NCBI GenBank assembly: GCA_965215185.1
Contig: OZ244034.1
Coordinates: forward strand, 640,001 to 704,000
Length of the DNA stretch: 64,000 bases
Origin: Acidimicrobiia bacterium
GTDB taxonomy: Bacteria > Actinomycetota > Acidimicrobiia > Spongiisociales > ZC4RG35
Direction: 5' to 3'
Shown here in pieces: positions 1 through 10,450 of the stretch (position 1 is the stretch's first letter; each line of letters starts with the position of its first letter). The position numbers and the translations under genes are program-made. The notes beneath the pieces are model-generated. The model did no database searches. It saw only the letters and a program-made list of their open reading frames with translations, and was not told the origin of the DNA.

Positions 1-1
1 G

Positions 2-847
2 GATGCCTATCTCCCCGCGGGGAAACGTCCGGCCTCCGGTTATCCGGTGGTGGTGGTTTGCCTGGGATGGGGAAGCGTGAAGGAATTGATGCCCCAATGG
101 GGCAATGCCCTGGCCACTTGGGGATACGCGGTCCTGATTCCTGACTACCGGGGATTCGGCGCCAGCGGCGGTGAGCGTGGGCGCTGTTTTCCCGACGAAC
201 ACATCGAGGACATTCGAGCGGTGATGGCCCACGCTGCCGAACTTTCCGAGGTCGACGCGCAGCGGATTGCCTTGCTCGGGGTGAGTTATGGTGGGGCGGT
301 GGCGGTGGCGGCCGGGGTGGATGACCGCTGCCGGACGGTCATCTCGGTGGTCGGATACGGAAGCGGCGCACGTCACCTGGCCGCGGTGCGCACCCCCGAC
401 CAGTGGACAGCCTTCCGCTCCCGCCTGACCGAGGACCGGCGGCGGCGGCTCGATGGAACCCCCAGCGAGTCGGTTGATCCCGATGAGATTCTGCTCCGCG
501 ACGAAGAAGCGCGGGATTGGAGGCGCAGAGTTGAGGCCCAACACCCTCATATGGCGTTTCGGACCACACTGGAGTCGGCCGAAAAGATCGTCTCCTTCCA
601 TCCGGAGCAGTGCCTTCCCTACACGCCGGGCAAACCGGCCATGTTCATCCACGCCCAGGGGGATACCATGATCCCTGTGGAGGAATCAGAACGTATGTGG
701 CGCCGCTCGTCGGAGCCGAAGCGCCTAGTGGTGGTTCCCGGTATCGGTCACCATGAAGTGCATCATGGGGAGGGATTTGGTCAGGTCATCTCGGCGGTGC
801 GGGACTGGTTGGGTGAGCACTTGTCCGAAAGAACGAATGCCCTCTGA
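2..847 (+). CDS. Alpha/beta hydrolase (5' end outside window)
   Basis: Frame is open from base 2; PDYRGFGAS motif, GVSYG nucleophile elbow, Asp in GDTMIP and His in GHHEV. Confidence 0.85.
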   Translation, partial: DAYLPAGKRPASGYPVVVVCLGWGSVKELMPQWGNALATWGYAVLIPDYRGFGASGGERGRCFPDEHIEDIRAVMAHAAELSEVDAQRIALLGVSYGGAVAVAAGVDDRCRTVISVVGYGSGARHLAAVRTPDQWTAFRSRLTEDRRRRLDGTPSESVDPDEILLRDEEARDWRRRVEAQHPHMAFRTTLESAEKIVSFHPEQCLPYTPGKPAMFIHAQGDTMIPVEESERMWRRSSEPKRLVVVPGIGHHEVHHGEGFGQVISAVRDWLGEHLSERTNAL

Positions 848-1802
848 CATTGCGCTCCGTTTTGGGCTGGTGCTGCCGCACTTCGGCGCCGACCCGCAAG
901 TCTCGGGGGTGCTCGAGGCGGCGCAGCAGGCCGAGAGATACGGGTTCCACTCGCTTTGGGTGCGGGATCGGCTAGCTGCCGGGGCTCCCCACGGACTTCT
1001 CTTGGAAGCGGGGGGGATCACCTTCTTCGAGCCGCTCCTCACCTTGGCTGCGGTGGCGGCGGTCACCGAACGCATCACCTTGGGGACGGCCGTGCTGCTG
1101 CCCAACCGCCATCCCTTGCGCCTGATGCAAGAGGTGGGTACGCTCTGGCGGCTCTCGGGAGGCCGGCTGGCTCTCGGGTTGGGTCTGGGGGTCGGACCAA
1201 AGAACTTTGAACCGCTCGGCTTGGATTATTCCAAACGGGTGAAGTTGTTCGAGAACACGGTCGACGCGCTGCGTGGGGTCACTTCCGGTTTTGATGAGGT
1301 GGAGATCGACCCGTCGCCTGGTGGAGGACTGTCGCTTTACTACGGAGGCGTCAGTCGGGCAGCGGTGCGTCGCGCCTTCCAGTGCACCGACGGTTGGATT
1401 GCCGGGCGACTTCCCCGGGACACCTTCCGGGCCCGTATGGAATTGGCGCGCCGGTATGAAGAGCAGATGGGACGCCAGTTGGACATTGCCAGCATGCCCA
1501 TCACGCTGGTCGACTCCGGCGATGGCCGTCATCTCGAAGTCGCCCGCCAGGCGGTGGGGATGCTGGCCCGAAGCGCCGAGGGGGCCGGCGACTGGATAAA
1601 ACCGCCCTCGGGCAAATTCGAGACCGTCGAAGACCTTTCCGGGCTGCTCATCACCGGTTCGCCGGAGCAATGCGCGCAGCAGGCCGCTTCCATGATCGAG
1701 TCCGGTGTGACGCATCTCATCTTCGACCTGCGACTGGTCTTCGATGATTTCCAACGGCAGATCAGGATGCTGGCGGAAGAGGTCATTCCGGTTATTGGAT
1801 GA
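837..1802 (+). CDS. LLM class flavin/F420-dependent oxidoreductase
   Basis: RFGLVLPH, GFHSLWVRD, EPLLTLAAVAAVTERITLGTAVL and GRLALGLGLG motifs; ATG at 837 overlaps the hydrolase end. Confidence 0.9.
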   Translation: MPSDIALRFGLVLPHFGADPQVSGVLEAAQQAERYGFHSLWVRDRLAAGAPHGLLLEAGGITFFEPLLTLAAVAAVTERITLGTAVLLPNRHPLRLMQEVGTLWRLSGGRLALGLGLGVGPKNFEPLGLDYSKRVKLFENTVDALRGVTSGFDEVEIDPSPGGGLSLYYGGVSRAAVRRAFQCTDGWIAGRLPRDTFRARMELARRYEEQMGRQLDIASMPITLVDSGDGRHLEVARQAVGMLARSAEGAGDWIKPPSGKFETVEDLSGLLITGSPEQCAQQAASMIESGVTHLIFDLRLVFDDFQRQIRMLAEEVIPVIG

Positions 1803-1958
1803 AACCAACCGGTCGGATTTGTTCCAGGATTGCTCGCCCTGTTAGCTTTTCTGGCCAGATCAGGTGCTAAAGTTGAGGTCTGCGAACCGTGGTGGCCGAG
1901 GCATTCACCTTGAAACACCTAGTTCGCCTGTCGTTTCCGACTTACAGAAAGGTACGAA

Positions 1959-3086
1959 ATGAGACGAATAGCGAAGTTCCTCGCGGCATTGCTCACTCTG
2001 GCCCTTATCGCCGCCGCTTGTGGCGATTCGTCCAGTGACGAAGCCGCCGACGATGGGGGCGTAGACCAGATATTCTTTATTCTGGACTGGGTGCCCAAGG
2101 GGCAGACGTCCCCATTTTATCTCGCTCTTGACAAGGGATTCTGGGCCGAGCGCGGCCTAGCTGTCCAGATCACCCGTGGTTACGGTTCTGGTGACACCTC
2201 CGCCCGTATCGGACTGGGCGAAGGCGACTTCGGCTTTGCCGGAGTAGGCGCTGTGATGCGCACCATCAGTGAGGGGCTGCCGCTTGTTGAAATCGCGGCC
2301 ATCGCCTCCACCGCCCCGACCGCGGTATACGCCGCTGCCGGCGCGGGTGTCAACGGCGACGATCCCACCAGCCTGGTGGGTCTGCGCGGCGCGGTTGACG
2401 CAGGTGATGAGAATGACCAGCTCTTCAAGGCTTTCGCAGGTTCTGCGGGTATCAGCTATGACTCCATCGACTGGCAATACGTGGACGGGGCCGGCATCGG
2501 CTCCATCGCCACAGGCCAGGCTGACTTTGTGATGGACTGGATCACCAACCTCCCCGAGTGGTGGCTGGCCGATCCGCCGATCGAGCCGGAGACCTACTGG
2601 GTGGGCCGCGCGGTCGATATTTACGGCAACGGTCTAATCACCCGTCCCGAGATGTTGGAGAACAATCGTGACATCGCCGAGCGGTTCGTACAGGGCGCCC
2701 TTGCCGGGTACGAGTACGTGATCGAAGGCGGCGTGAGCGCTCATAACGAGTCCATCGACGCCCTCTTCAAGTACAACCCGGAACTGAAGGAACAGCCCAA
2801 CGCCCGGGAGTTCCATCTCGGCAACCTGCAACTCTTCTTGACGCTGATGCTCACCGAAGACGTGCGGGAAGACGGTATTGGCTATTTCGACCCGGACAAG
2901 AAGCAGCGGAGTCTTGACTTCATCAACGACTACCTGCTCTCCTCGCCGTTGACGCTCGACCAGGCGTTCATCTCGGATCCGATCATCGATAGCGGTGATG
3001 TGGAGATCGACGACTTCGACGCCGCCCGCGATGCCCTTGCCACGGTCTTGGGCAGAGCCAACCCACTATCTCCCTTCCTCGGCTGA
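1959..3086 (+). CDS. ABC substrate-binding lipoprotein, NMT1/THI5/SsuA-like
   Basis: Lipobox IAAAC; LDWVPKG..PFYLALDKGFW and GYGSGDT motifs; AGAAAGG RBS. Confidence 0.88.
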   Translation: MRRIAKFLAALLTLALIAAACGDSSSDEAADDGGVDQIFFILDWVPKGQTSPFYLALDKGFWAERGLAVQITRGYGSGDTSARIGLGEGDFGFAGVGAVMRTISEGLPLVEIAAIASTAPTAVYAAAGAGVNGDDPTSLVGLRGAVDAGDENDQLFKAFAGSAGISYDSIDWQYVDGAGIGSIATGQADFVMDWITNLPEWWLADPPIEPETYWVGRAVDIYGNGLITRPEMLENNRDIAERFVQGALAGYEYVIEGGVSAHNESIDALFKYNPELKEQPNAREFHLGNLQLFLTLMLTEDVREDGIGYFDPDKKQRSLDFINDYLLSSPLTLDQAFISDPIIDSGDVEIDDFDAARDALATVLGRANPLSPFLG

Positions 3087-3107
3087 GTTTGGGATTCAGT
3101 AATCAAC

Positions 3108-3144
3108 TATCCGGAACCCGCGCCCATGTCGCGGGTTCCGGATA
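3108..3144 (+). terminator. Perfect 15-bp stem-loop between the SBP and ATPase genes (mRNA stabiliser or attenuator)
   Basis: TATCCGGAACCCGCG-cccatgt-CGCGGGTTCCGGATA. Confidence 0.7.
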
Positions 3145-3166
3145 ACCCCTCATAGAAACTCCACGG

Positions 3167-3967
3167 ATGGGTATCGAACTCCAAGGTCTGGGCAAGATCT
3201 TCCAGACCAGCGATCTCACTGTCGAGGCCCTGCGCGACATCTCGGTAAAGGTCTCTGACACCGAATTCGTCAGCATCATCGGACCCAGCGGATGCGGGAA
3301 AAGCACCCTGCTCCGACTGGTTTCCGGTCTGATCCCCCCTACCTCGGGGAGCGTCTCAATTGATGGTGTCCCGGTGACGGGGCCGGCGGGGAATATCGGT
3401 TTCGTGTTTCAGGCGCCGACCTTGCTCAAGTGGCGTACCGTCTTCAAAAACGTGATGTTTCCCTACGAAGTACTTGCCTCCCAAAAGCGAGCGGTCATGT
3501 CCCGGCAGGAATATGAGGACCGGGCGCAGCTTTTGCTGGAGATGGCGGGGATCGAGGAGTTCCGGGACGCCTATCCCAAGCAGCTCTCGGGTGGAATGCA
3601 GCAGCGGGTCTCGATCTGTCGTGCGCTTCTCCACGACCCGACGCTCCTGCTGATGGACGAACCGTTCGGGGCTCTGGACGAATTCACCAGGGAGCGCATG
3701 AACGAAGAACTGATCCGGATCTGGCGGGAGACCCAAAAGACCGTGTTCTTTGTCACTCACCACATACCTGAGGCGGTGTTCCTATCAGACCGGATTCTGG
3801 TGATGTCATCTCGCCCGGGGACCATCCTCGGGGAGATAAAGGTGGATCTGCCCCGGCCCCGCAAGGCCGAGATGCGTGACAGCGTGGCATTCCTCGAGCA
3901 GGTGGTGATCACACGTCGCATGATCGGCTCCGGCGACGGACATGGGAATTCCAAAGGAACCGTGTGA
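3167..3967 (+). CDS. ABC ATP-binding protein, TauB/SsuB/NrtD-like
   Basis: GPSGCGKST, LSGGMQQR, LLMDEPFGALD. Confidence 0.95.
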   Translation: MGIELQGLGKIFQTSDLTVEALRDISVKVSDTEFVSIIGPSGCGKSTLLRLVSGLIPPTSGSVSIDGVPVTGPAGNIGFVFQAPTLLKWRTVFKNVMFPYEVLASQKRAVMSRQEYEDRAQLLLEMAGIEEFRDAYPKQLSGGMQQRVSICRALLHDPTLLLMDEPFGALDEFTRERMNEELIRIWRETQKTVFFVTHHIPEAVFLSDRILVMSSRPGTILGEIKVDLPRPRKAEMRDSVAFLEQVVITRRMIGSGDGHGNSKGTV

Positions 3968-4773
3968 GCTCGCGTCTGCGTGACGCGGAGGCGGTCGAAG
4001 CCGTCGCGCCGAGGTTGGGAGAGCGAGCGGTCCGCATTCGCCGCGTGGTCGACCCGCTGGTGTTCGCCCTGCTCTTTGTGGTCGCATGGCAGGTTTTCAT
4101 ATGGATCACCGGGTTTCACTCGGTGGTGCTGCCCCCGCCCGCCAAAGTCCTCAATGTGCTGGTGCATCAAGGTGACTTCCTGGTCCGAAACATGCTCACC
4201 ACCATGATCACCATCGGTTGGGGTTTTTTCCTGGGAGGGGTCTTCGGGTTTGTGGCGGGTGTGTTGAGCCACCACTTCGAACGGGTGAAAAGGGCTATAC
4301 ATCCGATTCTGGTGGCGCTGTATGTCATCCCCAAGGCGGTGTTTATTCCCCTGTTCATTCTGTGGTGGGGGGTCGGCTTCCAGTACAAGCTGGTGGTGAC
4401 CCTGCTTTTAGCGTTCTTTCCAGTCACTGAGAACACCATCACCGGGCTGACAGGGGTGGAGCGGGAGATGGTCGAACTCACCCAATCCCTTCGGGGAAGC
4501 AGATGGTTCGGTTTTCGCAAGGTGTCCTTGCCCTTCGCCCTGCCCTTTGTGCTGGCCGGGTTGCGCATCGCCCTTACCGAGTCGTTCATCGGAGGGGTGC
4601 TCAGTGAGATACTGGTGCCCGGCAGCGTCGGGATCGGCTCGCGAATCGTGGAAGCGGCTGCGTTCTCAAACACCGAGTTCATCATTGCCTCCATCATGGT
4701 GGTGGCCGCATTCGGCATTGTCGCCTACTTCCTATTCCTGTGGGTGGAGCGCAGGCTGACGTTTTGGGTATGA
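3964..4773 (+). CDS. ABC permease, TauC/SsuC-like
   Basis: TM helices, IPKAVFIPLFILWWG, EAA-like loop; GTGA overlap. Confidence 0.9.
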   Translation: MSSRLRDAEAVEAVAPRLGERAVRIRRVVDPLVFALLFVVAWQVFIWITGFHSVVLPPPAKVLNVLVHQGDFLVRNMLTTMITIGWGFFLGGVFGFVAGVLSHHFERVKRAIHPILVALYVIPKAVFIPLFILWWGVGFQYKLVVTLLLAFFPVTENTITGLTGVEREMVELTQSLRGSRWFGFRKVSLPFALPFVLAGLRIALTESFIGGVLSEILVPGSVGIGSRIVEAAAFSNTEFIIASIMVVAAFGIVAYFLFLWVERRLTFWV

Positions 4774-5579
4774 GAGACACCTCCGTTTCCGATCAGCCCG
4801 CTGGGCTATTGGTCAGGGGAGCGCGGCGGCTTTGGAGCTACCGAGAACTGCTCCTGGTGCTGGTGGGCATCGTCCTGTTCTGGATGTTCATGATCGAGTG
4901 GCGCGACTTTCATCCCATTGTGCTGCCCACTCCCGGAGCGGTGATCAAAGCGCTGTTCGAAAACATCAATACTTATGTGGAGGCGGGTTTCGTCACTTTC
5001 TACGAGATGATTCTCGGTTTCATCGCGGGGGGCGCCCTCGGGTTCTCCTCGGCGATCGGAATCTTCTACTCACCATTCCTGAGGCGTTCCCTTTATCCGC
5101 TTCTGCTGGGCTTTCGGATCGTTCCCAAGGTGGCGTTCGTCCCGCTTTTCTTGGTTTGGTTCGGGATCGGGGTGGGCGTGAAGGTGGCTCTGGCCAGCTT
5201 CGCGATCTTCTTTTTGATCCTCATCCAAACCGGGCTGGGTCTGACCGGTGTCGATCCGGCGCTGATTGAATTGGGCCGGTCGCTTCGGATGAGCGAAGTG
5301 GCGCTGCTGCGAAGGATCCGCCTGCCGGCGGCGTTGCCGGCCATCATGGTGGGGGTCAAGCTGGGAATCACCTACGCTCTCACCAATGTGGTGGTGGCCG
5401 AGATGGTGGTGGCCACCAATGGGCTCGGTTTCCTGGTGGTTGAGGCCCGCTCGTTCATCAAGACCAACGAGATGATCGCGGCCATATTCGTGGTGGCGTT
5501 TATCGGGCTGGCGGTCTTCGCCGTGGGGCTGTGGGTTGAACGCAAAACCGTGTTCTGGTATCTGGAGGCCGATCACTGA
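4770..5579 (+). CDS. ABC permease, TauC/SsuC-like
   Basis: VPKVAFVPLFLVWFG, RLPAALP, VVAEM; ATGA overlap. Confidence 0.9.
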   Translation: MRDTSVSDQPAGLLVRGARRLWSYRELLLVLVGIVLFWMFMIEWRDFHPIVLPTPGAVIKALFENINTYVEAGFVTFYEMILGFIAGGALGFSSAIGIFYSPFLRRSLYPLLLGFRIVPKVAFVPLFLVWFGIGVGVKVALASFAIFFLILIQTGLGLTGVDPALIELGRSLRMSEVALLRRIRLPAALPAIMVGVKLGITYALTNVVVAEMVVATNGLGFLVVEARSFIKTNEMIAAIFVVAFIGLAVFAVGLWVERKTVFWYLEADH

Positions 5580-6584
5580 GCCGGGAGGTCGAAATGGGCG
5601 ATTCCAGTCGGCGGTCGACGGCGCGGTTGTTTCGATATCGGTAGGTCTGGCACCAGCGGCGGCAGAGGTCTTGGGCTGCCCCGGGCCAGGAGGGGAATTT
5701 GAAGTCGAAACCTTGTTCTTGAAGGATGCCGGGGAGTACCCGTCGGCTTTGTAGGACCAGTTCGGACTCGGACCGAAGGAGAAAGTGCCTACTTCGAGCA
5801 TCCATTTGGCCGATGGCAATCCGAAGGGCATACCCCAGGCAGTGGGCAGGTCGCGCATGAAGTCCGCGTTCGGCAACGGGTTGGGCGCCGAGATGTTGAT
5901 TGGGCGGCTGATATCTTCGTGATCGATCATCCACCGCACGGCTCGATAAAAGTCCCGGTCGTGCACCCACGACACGTATTGACGGCCGTCGCCCGCTTTT
6001 CCTCCCAACCCATAGCGAACCAGGGTGAGTAACGCACCGAACGCCCCGCCACGGTCGGGACTCAGGGTAATGGCAGAGCGCATTTTGACCTTGCGGGTAC
6101 CGGGGACTTCGACTTGGTCGAGCGCCTGCTCCCATGAGTGGGCAACGTCGTAACTAAAGTGCCAGGTGTCGGGGTCATCGGGGTGGTTTCCCAAGATGCC
6201 CGTGGCTTCATCGTGGGGGGCGTCGTAGCGGTGGATATAGACGGTGGCGGTGCTGGCCTGTAACCAGACTCGGGGCGGCCGGTTGGCGGCGGCGATAACC
6301 TCACCTACGAGATGAGTGGTCCCGACCCGGGATTGCTTGAATTCTTGGCGATGCCGGGTGTGGTATCGGCAGTTGACGCTCCGTCCGGCCAGGTTGATAA
6401 CCACATCGGCGCCGTTGATCTCATTGTCCCACTCGCCGTGGTTTGTCCCATTCCACTGGACAGTCCGCCAGGGTCCCGTGGCCGCTTGTCGGCTGATCAG
6501 GACCACTTCATGTCCCTCGGCATGAAACTTCCGAGACAACACGGTTCCGATCTGTCCGGTACCGCCCGGGATAACAACCTTCAC
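5500..6584 (-). pseudogene. TIGR01777 family NAD-dependent epimerase/oxidoreductase, frameshifted near 5781
   Basis: GGTGQIG Rossmann motif, NLAGRSVNCRY and GDGRQYVSWVH in one frame; the conserved C-terminus (LLRSESELVLQSRRVLPG..GFDFKFPSWP) is in another frame. Confidence 0.8.
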
Positions 6585-6743
6585 AACTCTCTATGCAACC
6601 TTTCCAGAATTCCAGCTGACCGGAAAGCCCCAAATCCTCGAACGCCCTGCCGATGGACAGTGGGGGCAATCCGGAGAAAACGCGTGGTCTCGCCAAGGAG
6701 TTTCAAAGTGGGATTAGGCTCTCCCGAGTGTTGTCTCAACGGG

Positions 6744-7133
6744 CTATTGCCACCCGGGGGGTTGATCGGAAACAATGTGAAAATCTCGTCCGGCGGGAGC
6801 GTAGATCTCCAGCAGCACTGCTTTGCTTTCCCCGGAACTCCCCGCTGCATGAGGAACGCCGGGTGGGATGAAAACCACATCGTCGGTTCGGAACTCATGG
6901 AAACGACCGTCGATCACCACCTGGACCACCCCTTCCAAAACCAGATATACGTTCTCGGCGTGTTGGTGATAGTGATAAGGGCCCATCCCCGAGTCCTGGT
7001 TGAGGACATTGATGTGCATGTCCACTTTCTGGGCGCCGTGGGCGGGTCCCACCAGATGTTTGGTGATGCCCCTATCGAGGCGCATGATGGTCTGCTCGGC
7101 TTTTGCGATGCTGGTCAGCCGCACTTTTGTCAT
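6744..7133 (-). CDS. Cupin domain protein
   Basis: HYHQHAENVYLVLEG and FIPPGVPH cupin motifs; AAGGAG RBS before ATG 7133. Confidence 0.88.
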   Translation of the reverse strand: MTKVRLTSIAKAEQTIMRLDRGITKHLVGPAHGAQKVDMHINVLNQDSGMGPYHYHQHAENVYLVLEGVVQVVIDGRFHEFRTDDVVFIPPGVPHAAGSSGESKAVLLEIYAPAGRDFHIVSDQPPGWQ

Positions 7134-7316
7134 ATCTGCTCCTTTGCCGAGGTGGAGACTACCCGTACAGGAATCCGCTGCAGTACCGGCCCTTGCACCC
7201 CTCCCCCGGAGCAGGCCCTCCCATCTGGAGCCCGGGACCGTGGTGAGGATCGGCTTTTTGCCGGTTTGGCTATTTAGGTACCCAACTTTGTTACCCGTCG
7301 TCCCTACATTTAGCGT

Positions 7317-9521
7317 GTGATGATGTCGAAGATTGTGCAAGGCCGGTTGGCCCCGACGATCTTCTCATGTGCTGTGATGGGGATGGTTGTGGTGGGGGGA
7401 GGATCCGCACTTGCCCAGGATCAGAGGCCGGAAGTGAGGCTTTCGGTGGAGGGTGGGATAGATGGCTGGGTTGATCCCTCCTGGCCGATGACGCTCCACG
7501 CCCGGATTGAGAGCGACATCCTCTTGGTGGGAGAGCTTTTGGTAGTGCAAGGACAAGGGGTGATCAGGGTGGAGGTGGAAGTGCCCGCCAACGGGGTGAG
7601 AAGCTTTGAAGTGGTGATGAGTCCTCCCAGGGCGGGTGGGGGAGCGGTAATCGTGCGGGTCATTCCCGAGGGCTCCCCGGATGACCAACCGGCAGCCTCG
7701 GCGCTCTTCCGGCCCCGGGTGGCTGAAGAAGAATTGCTGGTTGGATTGGTGGATCTCCCGCGCTTGGGACAGGTCCTGGGAGAAGTGCGGTCGGCGGTGA
7801 GCGGAGTGCCGATCACGCCCGTGGCGGTGGAGCATGAATCGCCGCAACTGGAGGAGGGGTATTTGTATCAGCTTTCCTATCTGGTAATGGACCAGCCGCG
7901 CCCACTGACCCCGGCCAGCGCATCCTGGCTGGAGGGAGGGGGACGGCTCATCACCACTTTTGCGGCACTGGAGTCGATGGGGCTCGATGTGACCTTCTGG
8001 GGTCTGTTCCCGGGGGTCGACGAGCAGATCGCCTGGTATGGAGTGGGGGATGGCGAGGTGCTGGCGCTCGACAGTCTGTCGGGCCGGGAGAACCGCCTGT
8101 GGGCCTTGCTGCTTCGGCCCCCGCCGCTGGCGCTGGGTGAATACGGCAATCTCGACTTTCGGGGACGGGCCTCCTTGACCCAGGCTGCCCTTTCTTCCGA
8201 CCCTCAGATACCTAGTTATCCCTGGCTGCCAGTTGTGGTGGTGCTCTACGCGCTGGTGGTCGGTCCGCTCAACCTGGGGATCCTGCGCCGTCGTGGCCGT
8301 TCGGAGTGGGCGTGGGTAACCATTCCCGTCCTCGGCTTGGCCGGGGTGGTGGCTTTCTGGATAGTTGGTGCGGGCGGGGTGAACGAAACGTTTCTGTCCC
8401 ACGGCACGGTCAAGGTGGCGGGGCCTGTTCCGGTGACGCGCAGCGGGTTGGTGGCGGCTACCAGTCGCGCCGCCAGCTTCGAGTTGATGTTCGACTCCGA
8501 CTGGGAGGTCTTTCCCTACACCATCGACGAGTTACCCGAAGACGCTGCTCAGCCGAGAATAAGCGGCGCCGGTGTCTACCGATACGATCTGCCTTCGCTG
8601 GGTTGGTTGTCTGTCAATGCCTTCCGCCGGGGAGAGCCCGTCGAAGCCGATCTGGTGGTTTCCGAACACGGCGTGGAGTTGGTGAACAACAGCTCAGCGG
8701 ACATTGCGGCGTGGGGAGTCCATTCTTTTCCGAAGGTCTTGATAGGCGAAGGGGTGCCGGCGGGTCAGAGCGGTTCTCTCAGTTGGGAGAGTGTCTTCAG
8801 TGCGGGGTCGTATCATGTTTTTGGAGATGCCTTCTGGGAACAGGGTATGTTGGGGGACAACTCTTGGGAAGGGAACGGTAGATGGCCGGAGGTGATCGGC
8901 GCACTGGAAAACACTGCGCGTTGGTCGGGAATGGTGGATGCCCCGTTCTACGTCTTTGCGGTTGCGGAGGAGACCTTCACCTACATTTCGGTGAATGGGC
9001 GATACCCGTCGGTGGAGGGGCTCACTCTCACGCTGTTTCCGATCTCCGCCGAGCAGATGGCCGAGGCGGGATGGGCGTATCCCCGTCCGGTCTGGTTGGA
9101 TAACCCTCCTGGCCAGCAGAATTTTGACCCAAATTTTGTCTTTGCCGAGCAGTGGATCGTCAGCTACCGGTTGCCGAGGGGACTTTCCAGGCCGCTTCGT
9201 TTGGAATTGGGTGGCTTTATTGGATTCGAGGGTGGCTTTGATCGCTTCGTCGCCGATACCGACTCCGAGCGGACATGGGAGGCATGGGACTGGGACGCCA
9301 CGCAGTTCTTTCCTATCGATGTCGGCGTGGACCTCGATCCCGAGCGGTTTGTGGCGCCCAGTGGTGAAGTGCTGGTAAGGGCGTTTACTAGCGATGCGGG
9401 GGTGCCGCTGCCCGTGGACGCCATTGTGGAGTGGGGGGACCTTGAGGCAGTGGTTGACTTCCCGGTCCGACTGCCGCCTGTCCCAACGGACCCCCCGAGA
9501 CCATCAGGTGGCCGCCAATGA
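7317..9521 (+). CDS. Secreted/membrane protein of the ABC-MoxR-VWA operon
   Basis: Signal peptide (..SALAQ); central TM pair YALVVGPLN...WAWVTIP; coupled to the ABC ATPase. Confidence 0.75.
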   Translation: MMMSKIVQGRLAPTIFSCAVMGMVVVGGGSALAQDQRPEVRLSVEGGIDGWVDPSWPMTLHARIESDILLVGELLVVQGQGVIRVEVEVPANGVRSFEVVMSPPRAGGGAVIVRVIPEGSPDDQPAASALFRPRVAEEELLVGLVDLPRLGQVLGEVRSAVSGVPITPVAVEHESPQLEEGYLYQLSYLVMDQPRPLTPASASWLEGGGRLITTFAALESMGLDVTFWGLFPGVDEQIAWYGVGDGEVLALDSLSGRENRLWALLLRPPPLALGEYGNLDFRGRASLTQAALSSDPQIPSYPWLPVVVVLYALVVGPLNLGILRRRGRSEWAWVTIPVLGLAGVVAFWIVGAGGVNETFLSHGTVKVAGPVPVTRSGLVAATSRAASFELMFDSDWEVFPYTIDELPEDAAQPRISGAGVYRYDLPSLGWLSVNAFRRGEPVEADLVVSEHGVELVNNSSADIAAWGVHSFPKVLIGEGVPAGQSGSLSWESVFSAGSYHVFGDAFWEQGMLGDNSWEGNGRWPEVIGALENTARWSGMVDAPFYVFAVAEETFTYISVNGRYPSVEGLTLTLFPISAEQMAEAGWAYPRPVWLDNPPGQQNFDPNFVFAEQWIVSYRLPRGLSRPLRLELGGFIGFEGGFDRFVADTDSERTWEAWDWDATQFFPIDVGVDLDPERFVAPSGEVLVRAFTSDAGVPLPVDAIVEWGDLEAVVDFPVRLPPVPTDPPRPSGGRQ

Positions 9522-10450
9522 TGGTCTCCTTTTCCGGGGTGAGGAAGAGTTACCGTTCGACGGTGGCGCTTGAAGAGGTGGATATGAGCATCCCTGAGGG
9601 GACGGTGACCGGGCTGGTCGGCCCCAACGGGGCGGGGAAGACCACCTCCATACTGTTGATGAGCACCCTGTTGTCCCGCGACGCGGGGAAGGTGGAAGTG
9701 GGAGGTCTGGATCCCGAACAGGATGCCCGTGGGGTGCGCAAGTTGATCGGATACATGCCGGATTTCTTCGGGGTCTATGAGTCCCTCACCGCGGTGGAGT
9801 ATCTGCACTTCTTCGCGGCTGGCCACGGCATCGCGGCCGCTCGTCGCAACAGCCTGGCCTCCGACCTCTTGGACTTGGTGGGACTGTCCGATAAGGCGAA
9901 GGAGGATGTCAACACCCTGAGCCGGGGAATGAAACAGCGGCTCTCCCTGGCGCGGGCGCTGGTTCACGATCCCGATCTTCTGGTGCTGGACGAACCGGCC
10001 GCCGGGCTTGATCCCCGCGCCCGGGTCCATTTGCGGGAACTCATCGCCGAGTTGGGGAGGATGGGGAAGACGGTGGTGATCTCCTCTCATGTGCTTACGG
10101 AATTGGAGGGGATATGTTCGGAGATAGTTGTTATGGACGAGGGGAGGGTGGCCGCCCAGGGCAGGATGGATTCCATCCGGGCGTCGCTGACGCCCGACCG
10201 GGTAGTGCGGATGCGCCTGGTGGATGAGGATATTGACCGGGCGGTCGGGTTGTTGGAGACCGATGCGCGAGTGTCGGAACTGGCCGTGGAAAGGGGTCGA
10301 ATGAGGTTTCATCTGACAGAGGGAGACGATGTCTCTGCACAGCTTTTGGCGCACCTGGTCACCGCTGGTGTGCGGGTGGCGGAATGGCGTATCGAGGAAC
10401 TCGGTCTGGAGGAATTGTTCCTGCGTATAACCCACGGAGCGGAGCAATGA
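9518..10450 (+). CDS. ABC-2 type exporter ATP-binding protein
   Basis: GPNGAGKTT, GYMPDFFGVY, LSRGMKQR, LDEPAAGLD. Confidence 0.93.
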   Translation: MMVSFSGVRKSYRSTVALEEVDMSIPEGTVTGLVGPNGAGKTTSILLMSTLLSRDAGKVEVGGLDPEQDARGVRKLIGYMPDFFGVYESLTAVEYLHFFAAGHGIAAARRNSLASDLLDLVGLSDKAKEDVNTLSRGMKQRLSLARALVHDPDLLVLDEPAAGLDPRARVHLRELIAELGRMGKTVVISSHVLTELEGICSEIVVMDEGRVAAQGRMDSIRASLTPDRVVRMRLVDEDIDRAVGLLETDARVSELAVERGRMRFHLTEGDDVSAQLLAHLVTAGVRVAEWRIEELGLEELFLRITHGAEQ

